From contig NW_021833262.1 of the NCBI RefSeq assembly GCF_006345805.1, positions 1 through 64,000 of the forward strand: 64,000 bases of DNA. Reading direction: 5' to 3'. Source of the DNA: Octopus sinensis (lineage: Eukaryota). The position numbers and the translations under genes are program-made. Below the pieces are notes generated by a model, which was given only the letters and a program-made list of their open reading frames with translations, had not been told where the DNA came from and did no database searches. Positions 49,400-62,342 of the stretch are shown here, piece after piece. How positions within the stretch are numbered: position 1 is the first letter of the stretch; each line of letters begins with the position of its first letter.

Positions 49400-49570
49400 T
49401 GCTGTTGCAAACAACTTTGAAGTTTTAAAACAAAAAATATCTTTTTATCTCTTACCGTTTCCGAATAACGCCAGTCGTTTTTGAAACGTTTGGTGTACCT
49501 GAGAAAGCTAGTGAATCGTTCATCCTTGAAATCGGTCAATTGATCTTAGTGCGAAAAGAGATAACTGTGA
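49400..49570 (+). mobile_element. Very decayed CRE-clade RLE fragment
   Basis: ITPVVFETFG..ESFILEIG. Confidence 0.45.
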
Positions 49571-50296
49571 CGATACTTACACGTATTTTTCAGACATTGA
49601 TATAAAATTAAGTGTAAAGGTTACTTTGAAATTCACTCTAGTGGATTTTCAAATCAATTTTTTTAGCTTCTTAGATTTTTATCCTTTCGCATTTTCAATA
49701 TTGTACTTTTTATGGTACTTAGAATTTCTGATCTTTTAAGGAAAGCTTTAAAGGATTTCATCATTAGATTCGAGTACATGGTTATTGTTCATTTTGACTT
49801 AAATGTAGAAAATAATTTTTTGGAGGGAACATTTAAGAACCTCATCATGTGAGTCGACGATATCTTTTTGTTTACTTTTTATCAAAATGCAACAAATAAT
49901 TTTTTGCGGGAAGGTTTTAAAAACTTTATTTTCGGAGATGTTCTAAACTAGATGACGGATAGATGAAATTGAAAGATATACAATTTCGCATCAATAAAGA
50001 ATTAATTATTTCACTGTAAAAAAAGCTTCTCCTCAGTGATCCACAAAATCGGTTAGCAGTTTGACGTTTTTGCAACTTTATCTAGCTTTCGTCGTAATCA
50101 GCATTTTACCAAAAATCAGATTTTAGATTAAATATTCCGGCTAACAATGAAACCACTAATAAAAAAGATACTCCATTCAATGAAATAAACTACACAAAAA
50201 TCACTTAGTGAAAATAAATAAACAAAGCGAACATAAATTAACTAGACAAATAGTGAAATACAATGAATTATATTAACTTGATTACTTGTTTTAATT

Positions 50297-50448
50297 TTTT
50301 TTATTAACAATATCAACTTTTAAACAAGAAAGAAATTAAAGATAGCTAAGTTAATTAAAGGCCTCACGAGACACCCGGCCAGCCTCGCGAATGGCGAAGC
50401 CGTTTCCTCGGATCACAGCAATCGACAGACGTTCCAGGAGCCTTCTAT
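50297..50448 (-). mobile_element. Very short 5'-truncated CRE copy
   Basis: Reverse complement of ~41800-41930. 15-bp TSD TTACTTGTTTTAATT at 50282-50296 and 50449-50463. Confidence 0.9.
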
Positions 50449-50786
50449 TTACTTGTTTTAATTGCATTTCTATTTACTGTAAACCATTTTTTGAACTGGA
50501 ATGCAATAGTGTTTAATAAAAATACAATGGTCCGAGAGAGTGTGGTATTTATTGATTTTCACAAGCCATGTTCGCAACATGCCAGAAGATTTTTATTTTT
50601 TAAAAAAGATAAAGCCAAAGACTTTATGTTCGACGGGGATGCCTATATTATGTGTCTTCTTTGTGACATTTAATTTATTCAGGATTCTATCCACGTTTGT
50701 TTAGAAAACAATGCAGGTATCTAATCAGATTTATAAAAATTTATTTGTTCGATTTGGCAATAAAAAATAATTTTTATAAGAAAATG

Positions 50787-51972
50787 TCAATTAAAATTGC
50801 AATTCAACTCCTGATTTGGATCTTCATTGTTCTTGAAAATAACAGGGGATACAGCGACCGCAGAAAAAATCGAATTATTAATCTTAATTTCTGGATAAAG
50901 AAAATGCAAGTCGTCAATAAAACGATCTGACACAGAGAGGTCAAAAAACCTCAGCTCCTTCAAAACAGAAAATTTCTTCAAATACGAAATCGCTTCTGTG
51001 TTAGAAAAAAGCCCATAACACCGGGAAATAGACAAATAATATAAAGTTTGCCCCAACGATTTGCATATAAAAGGAATGATGGCTCCTGATAAACGATATG
51101 AGTCATCTATATCCAGTCCTCGAAGACTAGAACACCGAGAAATAATAGACATCAATTCTAGTAATATTAGATCAACCTCAACGCTCATCAGCCAAAGCAT
51201 CTCGATTTCCACTGAGATTGAGAACTACCACAGATCTCGGAATCGAGCTCGCCAAAACTTTAAAAACTTCAGAATTGAGTGACGACCAGGATAAATTCAA
51301 CGAAAGTAGACTATTTAATTATGAAATGGCAAACTTTTCGAGAAAACAGATAGAAATAATACCCCTAGCTGACAAACCCGTGGTAGAGGACAAATCCAGA
51401 GATTGGAGATTTTTATTGAGGCTTAAATAATGACAAATTGTTTCCGTAAGTTTATTTCTCCTGAGGCACGCTTCTCTAAGATATTGACAGCTCTTCAAAA
51501 TTAAATCCAGGGATTCTTCTGATGATGTAATATTGTCAACATTGAGGTAAACCAGTCGTGATAAACTAAAATATTTATAATTTAATATAACCAGTTTTCC
51601 TTTGGAGTAGATTTCTCAAATATTGGATCTGTCAATAAAATAAGACCAATACCGGAAATTATCGAGCATGAAATGTTCAAAAGTTTCAGTCCACGTCGTA
51701 ATAAAATCCCAAGGCTATTTGGAGGGAAAGAATGGTTTGAAGCGTCTATGCCAACCCACAGACGACAATGACAACTGAACTTTTAATATTTATTAATTAA
51801 ACGCATTTTTTCTCCAATTATGATTCACAAGCATGCAACACAAGAGGGAATCAATGGGGAGATATGAAAAAATATTAATTACTAGATCTTGTGGTATTAG
51901 TTCCAGTGGGTCTACGTTTGAGGCTGGCCTAATAACCAGTTGAATTTGAAATAGAATTGTTGTTAGATTCAT
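50787..51972 (-). CDS. SKP2: S-phase kinase-associated protein 2 (F-box/LRR)
   Basis: F-box LELIPQDLVINIFSYLP..WRK, LRRs LNLSW, LNLSGNR, RCSSLRGLDIDDS and LSISRCY, and terminal INNSIFSAVA. Start uncertain. Confidence 0.82.
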
Positions 51973-52129
51973 ATGCTAATGTGCCGTTCATTTTAATTAA
52001 TACACGTGAACCAAATATAAAACTATTTAATCGATTAACACAAAAATTTTTAATTTAGACAAATAATTAAATAAAATTATACATAAAATCTTTATAACTT
52101 ATTATAAAAAGAACCAATATTTATTCCTA

Positions 52130-52400
52130 GAGTTTTAATTATTATTAGCACATTGTGTTTGATCCTCTTATGCATCATGTACAGATCTTCAGTAGATCGT
52201 AAATCCATGTTTAATAAAAATAAATCTTCTTTTAGCACCACTGGTAGCCTGTGTCTAGGCCTTCCTCTGAATTTTGGAACCACTTGTACTTTGAAGTAAA
52301 CTTCCATTACACGGTTTCTCTTTATCCAGGATATGTCCAAAGAGGTTCTATTGCCTTTTACCATATCAATCCTTATAGGCCACAAATTTCACATCTAGTA
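52130..52400 (-). mobile_element. RTE-type LINE 3' fragment
   Basis: NLFGHIL and FRGRPRHRLPVVLKEDL motifs. Confidence 0.65.
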
Positions 52401-52443
52401 AAGACTTGCAAATCGACGTTTTATTTTGCCATGTAAAGTGGCA

Positions 52444-53050
52444 TCAAGGAAAATCTTGCAATATACTTTTAGAGTATTTAAAAATTAAAAACCCTGAGTC
52501 CTTCAAGCTTGTATAAAAGAAAGTCAATATAAGTTTCTCCTGTATACAGCAACCAGCGAGTTTCAAACATCCTCCATCCTGTGATTTGGCTTGATGAAAT
52601 TCCTCGAGGAGTGAGAATATGTTCCCAGAGTTTCTATTGATTAATAAACACAACAATACTTGTTCAGTATCTATATTTATGTCTTCAAAATCTCCACAAA
52701 TTTCAATAATAATCGGACAAATGATTCCTCGGGTTTTTGTTCTCGTTGGGTCGAATATCAAAAACGATGAGTCTAAAATTTCAAAGACCTTATTTTACTT
52801 GAAACTGCGGATACTAGGTCTTGTAGTGATGCATTTAATTTTTTCATTCTACGAAAAGAGAGGATGTCTTCTAGTTTTATAAATCCAAACTCGTCGCAAA
52901 TTTTTGCAAGATGTGCATCATAAAACAAATTCGTGCTAATTTAAAATTAATTTTATTTTTTACTCAGAAAGATAATACTCCATTTGATATTGTATTAAGT
53001 AGGATTTATCTTTATTTTTGAGAAAGCATGGACCATATTGATGCAAAGAA
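52444..53050 (-). CDS. La-motif (La/LARP family) RNA-binding protein, multi-exon
   Basis: Spliced QMEYYLSDTNLFYDAHL..GFIKLEDILSFRRMKKL is a La motif. Subfamily and ends not resolved. Confidence 0.7.
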
Positions 53051-53588
53051 TTGAATGAATTCATTATTTTTAGACAAGTTATCTGAATAACTTACGTTGA
53101 TGTTTCCTTTATATAATGTTTATTAAAACGTGCAAAATTTGCATGGTAGTCTAATTATAACAAAACATTAAATAGTAGCTTCCTCACGTGTAAATAGTGA
53201 GCACTAGAAAGTAAATTAATTAAAAGAGGCATTTTACGTAAAAATAGTAATCTTAAATTCCTGTGTTGTTGGGGCCAAGACGCTTGCTCATCTCAAGAAA
53301 CTTGGCCGCCTGTGCACCTACCACTCCAGAGATCCGAGGGAATTTATATTCCTTATTCAGAGAACCTTGCTGGCTGTTTTACGCGGGAATTGTCTTTCAA
53401 TCCTGCGAGCCAGTACATAATAGCTAGATTTTTTTTGACGATTTCTTTTAATCTTAAATTGTTATCAATCTATGAATATACATTACTTGTCGTACATACA
53501 TGATTTTCCCTAATTTTTCGCTTTATCAATAAAATAAAAAAGATTTTTAAAATTACTTGCTATGTTTAATTTCAAGTCTTAATTCTTG

Positions 53589-53747
53589 GCTATTGCAGCG
53601 GATATCCATCGCTATTCTCCGTGGCAACATGCATGCGGTACTTTCCGCAGGAGGGTGCGTGCTTTAGCCCCTCCGGAGTTTCCCCTCTATACATTCCTAA
53701 CTTAATTTGTCTTCTTTTATTAATAAAAAAGAAATAATCAATAAAAA
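53589..53747 (+). mobile_element. Very short 5'-truncated CRE copy
   Basis: LLQRISIAILRGN, A-rich tail and 8-bp TSD AATTCTTG at 53581-53588 and 53748-53755. Confidence 0.82.
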
Positions 53748-54065
53748 AATTCTTGTGTAATTAAAAAATCAATTAGAAATTCTTTATAGTTAAAAATTTT
53801 CTAATTAACTGCTATTTTTAGCTCTAAAACTAATTTAAAATATATATGATAATTTATTTTTTTCACGTTTAAAAATCAAGTTCTTCACGTTCTTCGGCCC
53901 TTTAAGATTCGGTTCAAAATATGAAAAGTGGGAAAATATTTAAAGAATCTTAAGTATAACAATTTAAATTATATTTTTTAGAATTTTTATTTATTAATTT
54001 ATATTTAATTCATCAGAATAATATTTAAGTATTATTTGTGGTTCTTTATCGCTTTGTTATACAAT

Positions 54066-55086
54066 ATGGACAAACAATCAAAGAAACAGGTTTTCATTAT
54101 AACACCTATTAATAAATATGTGTTTGGCAATCCCCCAGGCTACATATATATCATAAACATAATACTACCTACTATTAACTATTAATTTAATTAATTAGTA
54201 TATTTGGAATAAATATTAGCTTATATATTTAAAAACAGTTTCCTTGATCATTTAAATCTTAATTTTACATTAAAATAGATAATTCATGAATAAAATTTTA
54301 GCTTGATCATATGATTGCATTTATGGATAAAGAAGCAGAAGAAAAGTCAGAAGAGATTAGAATTAAAGTGTCTCGTCATTAAATAATAATACAAATTAGG
54401 CAAAAGAAGAATTTAATATTGAAAAAGGAAAACTCCTCTCTCAGAAAAAGACAAAAATAGTCGAATATTACACAAAAAAGGAAAAAGAATTGAAACAAAA
54501 ACACAGAATGTTAATATATACTTAATGCAATATTTAGTTCTAACTCTAATCTACTAAACCAAGCTCGGTTACAATACCTGAGATCTCAGGAAGATCACTT
54601 AAAAGTTATTCTGTTTATTTTGATTAATAGTCCATCATGGAATCTGCCAGTGAGAAGATACGAGAAATTATTGTCGACGACGAAAAATACGAAGAATTAT
54701 TAACTGGGCTTATTCTAAGTGCTCTAGAAATGTTATCTGAGTCAGAAGTATTCATCAAATGTAGAGAAAGAGATATTCCTCTTGTGGAGGTCTCCATTGT
54801 CTATTATGACTGGTAGAAAGCATATGCAAAGGCAACAGAATGCTATTTGAATAAGACAGGGAAGGTTGTTAAGTGTAGCTGTGATAAAAAGAACATGTTA
54901 AGTAATAACTGGTATTTGTTGAGTTGTTAGTTTTGGTAGTAGTGGGGGAGTCGAAGTTTTAACGACAAATGGATCCATTAGGTGTATTAATACTATTGAT
55001 AGTAGACTTGAACAGATATTTTACAAGGTTTGTTTTTCTGTCTATTTTAGATGTTGCCTGATATTAAAAAGATGCTTTTTATCTAA
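54066..55086 (+). CDS. ATP6V1E: V-type proton ATPase subunit E
   Basis: HMIAFMDKEAEEK..EEFNIEKGKL..EYYTKKEK, NQARLQYL, SGGVEV and MLPDIKKMLF* across short introns. Confidence 0.93.
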
Positions 55087-55211
55087 GTTAATATACTAAT
55101 GTTCTCTCTTCCTATTTAATTTTTAATAATTTAATCTTTATTGGAATTCTTTAGATAATTAGTGAGAAATTAATTCGTTTTTATATATAATTGAACATAC
55201 CCGATCCTGAT

Positions 55212-55927
55212 GGTTCCTTAAAATGAACGTTGGAAAAACCGACATCGTTGAATCATGAGGATGAGAGCAGCTCAAGTGAAGCCTGGCGCAACGAACAAAC
55301 TCGGTTCTCTACTTGGGGACGGCCATGATATTGTCAGAAGAAAGGCTCTCGCTTGGCCACGATGAACAAGATAAAGAAAGAGTGGATCGGCAAACGACGA
55401 CTCTGTACGTCACTTCGTCTGAGGATGTATAAGCCTTTGTCAAACCAATCCTGACATATAATTCGGCGACCTGGGAATGTCTAGTACTGAACAACGTGGA
55501 CTCGATTCTTTTCACCGCAGGCAACTTAGATCCCTACTGGGATTGAACTGGCCTATAAGAAGCAACCAGAATCGCTATACAATAGATCAGAACTGGCCCT
55601 CTGATGTGGAAATCGTTAAATGCGGTGGAGGTTATTTGGCCATATTCTACGAATGGACATGCTTGCCCCGTCTAACATAGCAATGGAGGGCTACTTCCTG
55701 AAAGAGGATCGAGCTTCCGGTGGACGTCCACGTGTTCGCTCTGCCGGAAACCTTGACGGAGACCTAAATGTGTGAAGAAAAGGCTAAGAGTGGTGAGGAT
55801 CTGACGGCTGAGGAACTCGCTCACGACAGAGGAGGTTGGAGAGGCTGGTTCAAGATTGTTTTTAATGCTGCACGAGTAAAATTTAACTAATATGATTCTA
55901 CTTATGTTGGCAAATAATAATAATAAT
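55212..55927 (+). mobile_element. 5'-truncated RTE-type LINE with (TAA)n tail
   Basis: LDSFHRRQLRSLL..LFGHILR motifs. 15-bp TSD ATACCCGATCCTGAT at 55197-55211 and 55928-55942. Confidence 0.9.
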
Positions 55928-56640
55928 ATACCCGATCCTGATCTATACATCAAGTAATTTGACAGAATTCATAATAAAAAATGATTGGGTCAGAATATTA
56001 ATTAGGTAAAGCTTATTATTTTAAAATATATAATTTTTAAACACAAAATTTGTATTTAAATGTTCGATTTTTCGGAAATTCAAAAAAATGACCTAACATT
56101 CAAAGAGTGTAGCAACTTATATGCTTCACGGTTGACGTTGGATATCATATAAATTAATTAAAAGTGAATGGGCATGCTTATACTTTTGAGTTAAATCATT
56201 GTTAATAATTCTGACCGTATTTCATATTCTTTTCTGCAGTGACTTTCGTTTGGAAATCAAATTATTTTTAGAATTAAAGATAATTATTCAAACTTTAAAA
56301 ATTTATTTGAATTGCGAAACTATTTTTAAACAGCTACATTTGAACTTTTCTAACTTTAAACAGACAAGTTCATTTCAGGATAAAAATATTTTTTTTAATT
56401 GTTAATTAAGTAAATTTATGATGTTAATTCTTTGATTGAGAGGACGCGCGAATAGATAGGCAGTTTCCGCGCAATTCGCGAGCGAAATATATAACAACAA
56501 AAGTTAAAAAATGCTTTTTAAAAATTCGTAATTGTAAATTAATTAATATAACAAATATAATTTTAAATTTATAATATTTTTTTATTCTACTTAAATAAAT
56601 ATTACTTTATTGTTGTGTTGTCATAAAAATCAATCTTAAG

Positions 56641-58069
56641 ATGAATTGGATTGAAAATACATTTAATTCCCATTCTATGACAGATGACGTAATATTTATT
56701 TATATTGTACTAGAATATTAGTGTACCAAAAACTAAAAAATTTAATGAGCTCAGAAAGTGGATTGAACAAATACTTTCCAGAAGTCCCATTTCATTGTTT
56801 CTCTTTCTTTGTGGACCTTCCGGTTCTGGTAAAAAAACGGCAGTCAGGCATTTTGCTCGAATTAACAACATTACCCTCTCGGAATGGACTAATCAAATTT
56901 CAGAACAGTTTTCCGTTGTTGAAGCCGACTCGAGTATTTTGTATTTATCTATTTTAGCATTAAACATTTCTAAAAAGTCCGAAGAAGCGGAATTCCGAAA
57001 ATTTATATTTCAGTCAGATCGTTATTGCTCAGTCCTCCAATCTGAACAGACAAACTTTCGCTTGATCCTCGTTAATGTAATGGCCTTATTACATTAACTA
57101 ATTAGGAGTTACCTTTTGTATTTATCTAAACCAGGGATGTTCTTAAATTTTCTAAGGTTTTTATTATTCTTTGGTTTATTAATTATGTTAAAATACTTTT
57201 AATATTTTTAGGGAGTTTAAAGAAAATGGAAAGTGCCCGTTAATATTTATAACTAATGACCTCCAAAGTATTTTGCCTAGTCAGCGATTTTCTAAGAATT
57301 TATTTTCCGAATTATCAATTAGCATTATTGAGTATATTCTTTATTTAATAAGTAAGATTCCATCAATTGAGTCGGGCGTTTATACGATCTATACTATCCA
57401 AGACAAAAATCAGAAATATTGAATATAGTACTGACACATGTTGTGGGGATATCAACAGCGCTGTGAACATATCACGGAGTTCATGTCATAGTTTTGTCTT
57501 TATAATATTTGATAGAGCTTCTTCTTCCTTGTCGAATTCAGACCTCACCTTCATTTTTCCATATTTTAGGAAAGATTCTGTATGCTAAGAGAGACAAGGA
57601 AGGCCGTCTTGTCGAACTAAGTGACGTAATATTTATTGGTTAAACAATTCTAGGAATTAGTTAGGTTAGCCAATGTTGACGACGATAAATTAATTTTGTT
57701 TTTGTATCAAAATTATTTTGACTTTTGTCCTCAAGAGGCTCTCGTCTCTACTCTTGATCACATTTGTGTGTCAGACGTATTAGCAGTGGGGAATTACACA
57801 AGTGAATTTAATGCGGATACCCACGCTTCATCATTGTTAGTACGAGCAATTATGAATATGAGTGTTATCAATGTGCCCACTCCTGCTTTTAAACCAATTT
57901 CCCCACCTTTTAATTATTCATTTAATTTACAAGTTTATTTTGATTTTTTAATTATTTTTAGAAAGCAAACTATTTTGATAAATTGTCTAATATTGATAGA
58001 AAGTTGCTTTATTGCAGTAATGTAGCTGCTAATCTACATTTTCTAGAGCTTCTGGGTTTCTTGTCTTGA
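56641..58069 (+). CDS. RAD17: Checkpoint clamp loader RAD17
   Basis: KKFNELRKWI, Walker A GPSGSGKKT, EWTN, CPLIFI and GDINSAVN motifs with short introns. 3' end approximate. Confidence 0.82.
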
Positions 58070-58570
58070 TTGATTTTTTTATATTTTGATATTTTTACAC
58101 TTATTAAATAAATTTATTTAGAAAATGCTTGAAACTAGTTGTCAAAAAGTCAAATTCTTTTTGTTATTAAACAACAACTTTAATAGCATAAAGATTTAAA
58201 AATTCATTAAAAGTTTAGATTTGTATAGAAAACTGAATAAGCATTATTTTCGAAAAGCAAAAATAAAATAGTAAATTAACTGTAAATTTAATATTTACTA
58301 ACATTTTATTAGCAAAAGTTTGTTTTTAATGCTTTGTTCGATCCTTTGAAATACCATTAATACAGTCACTTTTAAATCTAATCGGTTAGAAGCGTGTCAA
58401 AGAAGAAATCCTGAAATATTAATAGAAATTAAAATATTTCAAAAATCAATTTCTAGCAAAAAATTAAAAAATCAAATAACACAAAACAGTACTTCGATAG
58501 TGGCATATTAATTAAAAAATGAATAATATTTGAAAACATTTATTACTAGAAAGAAAAGGCAAATAAATAA

Positions 58571-59915
58571 TCAAGACGGATTCAATTTAGAAACATTAGA
58601 TCCATTCGGATCACCAGGATCGGAGGTAGCAACAGATTCTGTGGGACGAGTCCACTTGTACACCCCGGATTTAACAACTGGATGATAGAACTGACAATTG
58701 TTTTTATTTGTACACTTAATCCCAAATTGACACATCTACGAATTTATTTTTCCAAAATAAACTTTATTCCGACTAAATGGCTTACGAAACCTCTTCCCTC
58801 CCCTTAGCATGTAACCCCTCACAGGGTTAACTAAAACATTATTCCATAAAACAAAAACAGTTCTGTCTTGAAGGAGGTTTCAAGTTCTTTGTTGTGTGAG
58901 TATAGGGACAATTTGGACGAGAACAGTTAGCATCAAACATACAATTCGGGTGAATGTAAATGCACTTATCTCCAAATGTACAATTAGGAAACGTTCTACC
59001 AGAAATCAAAAACTCAAATCTTCGAACCGACATAGAACGTTTGGATGATGGAATTGACATTGATCTCCGTTTGCACAACTCGGCCAGAATTTACAACGTT
59101 CTTTTATTTTGGTCACTTTTTGGTCATTTGTCTCCATTTGCTCAACGGGGATATAACTTTCTGCAAACTGGTCGACTGGCTGACTTTTAATAGCATTGTT
59201 AAAGGTAACACAAACAGGACGATTATCCTTATTTTCAGCACATGTACCTACAAACAAAATTGCACTTGAAAATTTAAACTTATCACTGTAATTAATTAGT
59301 AAATATAGTTAATTAAAAAGAGTAAAATACAAACTGTCGAAATCGGCCCGATTGATAACAATGCGTTTAAGCACAGATTGATCGGAGGTGTTCGCTTGGG
59401 GAACATTCGTTGATATTTCATCCATAAATCTATCAATACATGCCCTCTCATTGTCAGGAGAGTTTGAATTCTATGCTAATATAATGACAGAAGCAACATC
59501 AAGGTGGGATCTTCATCTGAATAGTACTCTCCTTCCGATAGAAATACGTCATAAGTGTCCCCTCGCGTCTCAGCCTTCGTCTCAAAGTCTGATTTGTTCT
59601 CCGAATCTGTTTTAAGTTTGTCCATAATATCAGCAAGCCTTTAATTAGTTAAGCATCTTTTACCAATCAACAAATTTTTCAGTGTTTCGTCCAAGGAAAA
59701 GTTTCAAGTCTTCCGTAATAGAACTCCTGGGCTTTCCGTGAGTTACTAGAACGACAATATATTCAGGCAATTCATCGTCTAATTATTAATTTGAATATAA
59801 CAAGGAAAACCTACATAAGCGTTTATTTCTATTAGTTTGTCCTTTATATAAGTCTAGTCGTTATTTATAGATATTATACTTTGATTTTGTCTCTAATCTC
59901 GGGAGAGATTTTCAT
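58571..59915 (-). CDS. ZC3H14: Zinc finger CCCH protein 14 (Nab2 homologue)
   Basis: N-terminal IKDKLIEINAY..ELPEYIVVLV..EDLKLFLG..FVDW and tandem CCCH fingers (ERCKFWPSC..HHP; FPNCTFGDKCIYIHPNC). Confidence 0.92.
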
Positions 59916-60710
59916 AATGATAAATCGGATCTAAAAATAACCAAGACAAGCACTACACTAGAGTGTTAAGAAATTATTTATTTATTAATTTCATTAAAAA
60001 TATACTTCTATTATAATTAACATTATATTTATTATATAACCTGCTTAGTATTTGAAATCCAAATCACAGCGTTTTAATTTTCAAAAACTTTAGAAAAATA
60101 TAAACGTGGTGACAAAACAAACAAGTTTAAATATAAAGGCTTGACTGAAACTTAACATTAATAATACATCAATATTTTTAAATTATTTTGCTTAAAATTG
60201 AATTATATACAGTCAACTGTTTCTATGAAGGCTCTGGAGCCGGTGGGAATCAAAGCCCTTACCCAAATTTTCAATTACTCAGTAAACAAAAATGAAATTC
60301 CGTCATTATGGAAAAAATCACTCATACACCCGATACCGAAAAAGGACAAATCTCTGAACGATCCACTTTGACGATCTAATAATCGCAGCAAAACATCAAG
60401 ATCACAAAGAAGCTACGCGGAAAGTTCAGGAGACCATTAACCTTATGAACCCATGGTTTCTCAAAAACCGAATGAAGATATCACCTGGGAAATCAAGCAC
60501 TACGATTATCTCTTCATACAGGAAACATACAGCACTGGACCCAAAAATAATTTGGGATGGACAACTTATCCCAGTTAAAAGGAATCCTTCAATCCTTGGA
60601 ATTACATTCGACCCATTAATGACGTTTAAAAATCAAGTGGAGTCAGTGATTTCACAAATCCAAAAGAAGATCGGAATTCTCAAAGCTATTGCTATATCTC
60701 CAATATCTTC

Positions 60711-62342
60711 TGTCACCGGTTTTATAGCCCACGGGTTGGATAACCCACCATCGAAAAAACTACCAAAAAAACATAAATATAATCTAAAAATCATCAGAAA
60801 ATATAATTAACTTTAATTTTCTTCTTTTTTATTATTTTTATATTTCTGCCTGTTGCATAAATCACACATCATTCATTTGTGCTTTACATTTTTAAAATAA
60901 ATAAAATTTTATTTATATTTAATTGGAGTCAATAAAATAAGAATTAATTCATTTAAAAAAATCAAATTTTTAATCAAATTTTTTTTAATCTACTTAAATG
61001 CACGTTTGATACTGTTTCTCCATTATCTTTATTAATGGTACACGTAGTTTCAAATTTTTCTGAAACTGTGTACTTATTTATATCCAGTTTGTCATATAAT
61101 GGGTATCTACGGTTACCAGGGTTATCATCCCTGTCGTGTTTCAGCAGCACTGTATTTCCAATTTCAATGTCTTCTGCGTCATATTTCCACTTACGACGTT
61201 TTTTCATTTTCTCTCCAGCTTTAACAAGGTTTTCATGCACTTGTTTCTCAGTTCTTTTATCGTCATTTTCAAAATAATTCGAATTTGACTCATCACTTAG
61301 TTCTGGATTTGTTCCGTCGAACATTAACAATGCATTTATTTGATCTTCTGTTCTCCTTGAACTCTTTCCCATTGTCTGTTTGCAAGATAAACGGGGTCGG
61401 ATTGAGAAGAAAATCTTTTTTAACTTTCTTGTTTTTTTATCAAAATATTTATTTCTTAAAAGAAAACAGAGAGAAAAGAGAGTTAACAAGAGGACTTCCC
61501 CGCCTCGTAGATGGAGAAACAGTTTCCACGTACAATAGCAAGGGAAATCCTCTGAAAGAGCCATCCAGACTCACGCGTGTCGTTTCTCTTGCGAGAAATC
61601 AGACGACCCAGCTTTTTGAGGAAAATGAGTGACCTGTCACCGATTACGCCTGAGGTATCCACGGCGATCGGGGTAAACAGATAGCGTTCCGAGAGATTGG
61701 TGTACTTTGAAATCTTTAATTCTTCTGCTCTGCTCTACTCTTGTTATTTCTTCAGCTGATTTCGTTTTGCAAGTTTTACCACTGCAAATTTGGAAAAGGA
61801 GTCGATTACAACAACCAACTAAGACTTATTCAAAAAAGACCCATCCATAATTGCTGTTAAGGTTTGAATATCTCCTTAGATCCACTAAATCTACAATCAA
61901 GAATTTTTAACTTTAGCTCACTTTCTTCTAGAGTAAAAAAACGCAGTTTTTTATTTCTGACTTTTATATACGTTTTTTCAGAAAATTTGACGCAAAAACG
62001 ATTTTTAAGCGTCCTGAGCCTTCTCCTTTTCTCTTTATCGTATATAGTAGTGGTGTCATCAAAATTTTTTATTTCATTAAGTTGGTTTGTCGTTAATTTC
62101 AAAAGAACCATATTCTAATTGAACTTTATTGAACAACTCTACTTATTTTCACAGTTTTTAAACTTTATTAATAAAAAGTTATAGTTTTCACGCTAAAATA
62201 TTGAAAAAAAAGAACAATAAATTATTAAAATAATTAAGAAAATCATTTTTTCCAATGAAATTAAATATATGAAAAATATTATTATTATAAAATATGTCAT
62301 TAGGTGGGTTATCCAACCCAGTGGGCTATAAAACCGGTGACA
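60711..62342 (-). mobile_element. Ginger-like DNA transposon, internally deleted
   Basis: ~40-bp TIRs beginning TGTCACCGGTTTTATAGCCCAC with TGT...ACA ends and 5-bp TSD TCTTC. Integrase motifs DLVD, IDSFSKFA, QTDNGKEF. 21-nt intron at 61819-61839. Confidence 0.92.
61434..61738 (-). mobile_element. 5'-truncated CRE copy inserted in the Ginger integrase
   Basis: KYTNLSERYLFTPIAVDTSG..FQRISLAIVRGN. 7-bp TSD TCTTGTT at 61427-61433 and 61739-61745. Confidence 0.88.

Noticed and set aside
56811-56840. RAD17 Walker A variant GPSGSGKKT as loss of function
   Set aside because: The catalytic lysine is retained, and one substitution in a fast-evolving genome is not informative.
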